DNA of 64,000 nt from Batkoa obscura (taxonomy: Eukaryota), in assembly GCA_030770535.1 (NCBI GenBank), contig JASVEC010000021.1, positions 248,001-312,000 of the forward strand, read 5' to 3'. Of this stretch, positions 60,047 through 64,000 are shown in pieces; position 1 is the stretch's first letter; every line of letters starts with the position of its first letter. A program made the position numbers and the translations under genes. The notes beneath the pieces were generated by a model. The model worked only from the letters and a program-made list of their open reading frames with translations. It was not told the origin of the DNA and made no database searches.

Positions 60047-60804
60047 TTAGGGTTGTTGAGTAAATCTTAAATAAGGAGTTACCTTTTGATAACCCGGGAA
60101 TTTAGTATCAGCTTCTTGATCGGTTATTTTAGGATGAATGATGACATTATCACCTTGGTTCCAATTGGCAGGAGTAGTGATAGGATGCTTATCAGATAGT
60201 TGAAGGGAATCAACAACTCTAATGATCTCATTAAAGTTACGGCCACAGGAAGCAGGATAAGTCAAAGTTAAGCGGACTTTTTTACTTGGATCAATAATAA
60301 ATACAGAACGTACTGTCAATGGTAAACCATTGACAAAGTTAGTAGCATCGTTTTCAACGGTATCTAACATATCATATAAAGTTGAGATCTTACGCTCTTT
60401 GTCAACCAAAATAGGAAAGTTCACATCTACTTTGTTTACTTGGTTGATATCTTTGATCCATTCGTTATGATCTTGTAAAGAGTCTACACTGACTCCCAAT
60501 ACCTTTACGTTACGTTTTTCAAACTCACCCTTTAATTTCTGAACTGTACCAAGTTCGGTGGTACATACTGGAGCTAGTTTCAAGATTAACGTGTAATCAT
60601 TTTTAAACATAATATTTACTAAAATCAGCAGGATGAGAGAATAAGATAGCCCAGGAACCTTCAATATATTTATGAAATGAAATTGGACCTAAAGTAGATT
60701 CAGCTTCGAAATCTAAATTAAAGGATTAATAAAATATATACATAAATGAATGATAATATTTTACCTGGAGCAGTACTTCCTAAACGAATTCTTTCTTGGC
60801 TCAT
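60047..60804 (-). CDS. PRX1: 1-Cys peroxiredoxin (Prx6 class), 2 introns
   Basis: Spliced product MSQERIRLGSTAPDFEA...[53 protein letters not shown]. Confidence 0.95.
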
Positions 60805-61289
60805 AATTATTATAAAAAAGAAATCAGGCAATAAATCTGAGTTTTTATACTTCAATTTCATTGATTACGAATGTTTTTCGAGAATAACGCAATTCTTAGC
60901 TGTTTTATGAAATCGATGTGTTTTACTTTAGAGTATCAGATGATAATAGACACTCATCTTTCAAAACACCATTTGAGATAGATTGTTTATGTCTAAGGCT
61001 CAATTTTCTTTCCAGTTTTGGTTTTTATAGATTTTGCAAACACAGGGAAAATACTAAGAAAATACTCTTTTTCTTGATCAACTGAAATTAGGCATAGAAC
61101 TTTTGCAAATTAAGATGCAAATTAGCGGATAATTTTATTTACATTTTAGCTGAATTTTTAAACTCCCAAAAAAAGTTTGAAACGTCACCCTTAATTGGGT
61201 AAAGCCAACTATTTTATGCTCAGTAAAAGGCTTAACACAAAACTTGAATTTAAAAATCAGCCTAGAACTTAAGTAATGATTTTTAAAGG

Positions 61290-62073
61290 ATGGATCATCC
61301 AACTCTTAAGCAAATTGAAGACTTAAGAAAAGATTTACCAATCACCTTGTTGAGGGACGCCACTTCTAGAAGAGTCATTCAAAACTATGAAGTTATTATT
61401 ATAAAGAGAGGTAGCTATTAGCTTAATAGTAAACAGCAAAGTTTAATATATTATAGTTCAAGCAATCACATATCCAGATCATCCAACGATCTATAGTTTT
61501 TGGTGTAGTGATTCTTCTGGTTCAATAGAGCTAACTATTTTTGGAGAGCAAGGGGAAGATATTAAAGAATCGGATGTTTTATTAATAGTAGAAGGGTATT
61601 TAAAAGCATAACTATTTAAAGCTCAGATTAATAAGAAAATAAGATATATTAGATTACACGAAGGAAAAAGACAAGTAGTGATAAATAGAACAACTGGAAG
61701 GATTTATAAAATTGGAGAGTAACTGACTTATCAATAATACGACTCACATTAATTTGACTTTAGTTTTGCAAAACATTGCTCCAATGAACCTAACTATACT
61801 TTCTTTCCTTCAAGTCCAAACCCTGGAGTACCAGGTAAATTGATATTGAATATTGTAAATGAATTAATCCATTTATATTTAGTCAGTAAATATAGAGATA
61901 TTTCTAATGGTGATAAAATAAGACGTTTAGATAAAAGGGAATATAGACCGCGTGGAGGAAACGAAGAAAGGTATAGGGACTATTCTGCTCGCCATACATC
62001 CCCGGTTAGAAACGGACAATTTCGCAGAAATTCAACCCGCAGTCCATTTAACTCAAGCAGAAAAAGAGACTAA
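61290..62073 (+). CDS. SOSS-B/hSSB1 (NABP)-like single OB-fold ssDNA-binding protein with Arg-rich tail, 4 introns
   Basis: Spliced product SDSSGSIELTIFGEQGEDIKESDVLLIVEGYIRLHEG...TGRIYKIG.F....SNEPNY parallels hSSB1 [31 protein letters not shown]...KIGEF...SEVPNF. Confidence 0.7.
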
Positions 62074-62287
62074 ATGGAACAGATTAATGGCTTTTAAAAA
62101 CAAACTATAATAAACAGATGAAAATTTAAATGCTGAATTCTTTATTTCAGTTTATATTTAATGTCTTTATGATTTAATTTAATTCTATCACTTGTAAGCT
62201 AAAGCAATAAAAAATCAGTAAAGCCATAATAAAAATTTAAAAGCATATCTATCAAGCATTTGACTTTATGGTTAAAGAATTCCTTAT

Positions 62288-63424
62288 TTAGCCTATGAAA
62301 GTACTTTGACCTGACATCAGATTGGGTGTTGATAAAGGGGTCCCTACTACTGACCCGCTAGCATAAACCGCTGAAACGAAAGCTGATGGCACATGTCCAA
62401 CAGCGCCTGGTCCAATACCGTACAATATACTCCTAAAAAATTTAAATACTCCGATTATAATTGCCCTAAACGAACTTACAAAAATTTATTATCATCAATT
62501 ATTCCCTCAAAGAAAGTGTTTCTCATTTTGAAAAACGCCATCAGAGTTACCAAAGAATCGGAACCTGCTTGATGTGCTTGACCAACTCTTGCAATCTATT
62601 AGGTGTAAATTGAAATTCAAAGATTAAATAAAAATAAATTATACTTGCAGGGTCTCGGCAATTTCTTTCAGTCCACCACCAAGGGTTTTGCAACACTTCA
62701 TTAAATATTTGATATCATAAAAGTTAGGGAAATAAAGTTTTAATACATTGTAGAATCCTTCTTCATCTGGTGGTAATAATTTTCCCGATAAGATTTTTAA
62801 AAGGTACGCAAAATCATAGGCACTAAAATCATTAATAATTATACTTTATCTATGCTTGTTTTAAATTACCTAGAGAAAGTGATCCATGTAACATTTTCTA
62901 ATAAGACCAGTCCAGAGGACATTAATATCTCACCAAAATCATGAGGATCAATTCCATAATCTTCGTGTTTTTTAAAGTCAAGTCCTGAGTTAATTAAAAG
63001 GTCAATCGAATCTTGAGAATACATATCCATACTATAAATAATGAGATTACTAAAATTTAAAAGCAGAAAGCCACTTACTCTAAACTGAACTTGAAATTAA
63101 ATTGCCAAGTTGTGGCATCAGGTGGTTGTTCTCCTTTTTCATTTGAAAAGGAGATACCTAGTTGAATCATCTTTAAAAGATCCACGTTAGCTCTGACTGT
63201 CTGATACGTCAAGTCACTAGGGCTCTTAAATTTTCCTAATGGTTTAGCTACAGTACCTGGAAACTCAGTATCCTTAAATTTGATTAAATTCTGCCAATAT
63301 CAATCTATAATAAATTTACCATGGCAATGTAATTATAGTCTTTAATAATGCTACGAATGTACTCCATTTCTTTAGAGAGGTTAGAGGCCCATACCTCCCG
63401 TATATATCTCCTCTCTTCTGGCAT
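62288..63424 (-). CDS. CAF1: CCR4-NOT deadenylase subunit CAF1/POP2 (CNOT7), multi-intron
   Basis: IREVWASNL, YIAMDTEFPG, YQTVRANVDLLKMIQLG, TWQFNFKF, DSIDLL, FGEILMSSGLVL, YDFAYLLK, YDIKYLMK, HQAGSDSL, LYGIG. Confidence 0.95.
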
Positions 63425-63919
63425 GTTTATGCCGCTGTGATGTATGTTTGAGTATTGAATTTTGACTAATTGAGTTTATAAATAAATAAGTTTTAGTTTT
63501 TTGCTATATTTTTTTAATAAAAGTAAGCTAAGGTTATGAACTGATTGGTTAAAATTGACATTTTTATTTAATTTTATTTACGTGGAATTGGCGTGTAAGC
63601 GTAAAAGGGGAAATCGTTAAGCGTGAATTATGGGGTATATAATATGTCGTTTATAGTAAAGGTATTGAATGCTTTGAGTGGCCAGAAGAATTTATCAAAA
63701 CTTCAATAATGAATAGCAATTTAAGTATCAAATCTTGGTTTAGCTTACTTATCGAATAAAATTGGGTTATTTAATTATGTACAGTCGAATAAACAATAAT
63801 GAATTTCTTGAAATTGGTATCAGATAAAGTATTTAAAATTTGATAATAAAATGACTAAATTAATCGAAATTAACAAAAATTGCGATAATTACAAAAAAAA
63901 TTAAGCATTAAAAATAAAT

Positions 63920-64000
63920 TTATTGTTTAGAGAAAAATTCTTTAGAACCTTGTACATCTGGAACAATGGTATCCTTACCCTTAGCCCAGTTAGCGGGGCA
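63920..64000 (-). CDS. TSA1: 3' end of a typical 2-Cys peroxiredoxin (runs off the window edge)
   Basis: Minus strand reads CPANWAKGKDTIVPDVQGSKEFFSKQ*, the resolving-Cys CPANW motif and terminal helix of Prx1/Tsa1. Confidence 0.85.
   Translation of the reverse strand, partial: CPANWAKGKDTIVPDVQGSKEFFSKQ

Noticed and set aside
63969..63978. GTATCCTT resembling a U12 5' splice site (also near 63267)
   Set aside because: Both lie antisense to minus-strand genes (2-Cys Prx and CAF1)

Overview
Very AT-rich eukaryotic DNA with many short (~45-90 nt) GT-AG introns. It looks like an early-diverging fungus, plausibly Zoopagomycota/Entomophthoromycotina (Conidiobolus-like); that placement is inference only. 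Compact intron-rich housekeeping blocks are: ARP8, a KH protein, ZNF830-like, eIF2B-beta, VPS16, importin-beta and a divergent RACK1-like WD40 gene (8.9-26.7 kb); a FUSC/BRE4-like gene, ESF1, NPL4 and SEC61-beta (37.4-47.7 kb); and 1-Cys Prx, SOSS-B-like, CAF1 and the end of a 2-Cys Prx (60-64 kb). They alternate with gene-sparse accessory stretches holding mostly intron-poor genes: a secreted 3D-domain protein, two kelch membrane proteins, an animal-type UGT, two MATEs, a DHA2 MFS and a PH protein. These stretches also hold gene relics and about 16 copies of a ~100-bp MITE with GGGG/CCCC ends and a 4-bp AWWT target duplication. The first two housekeeping blocks are each bracketed by an outward-facing inverted paralogue pair (kelch, then MATE). 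The MATE pair is a mosaic: long nucleotide-identical tracts, diverged flanks, and differences clustered in predicted cavity-lining helices. All alignments and splice models were made by eye.
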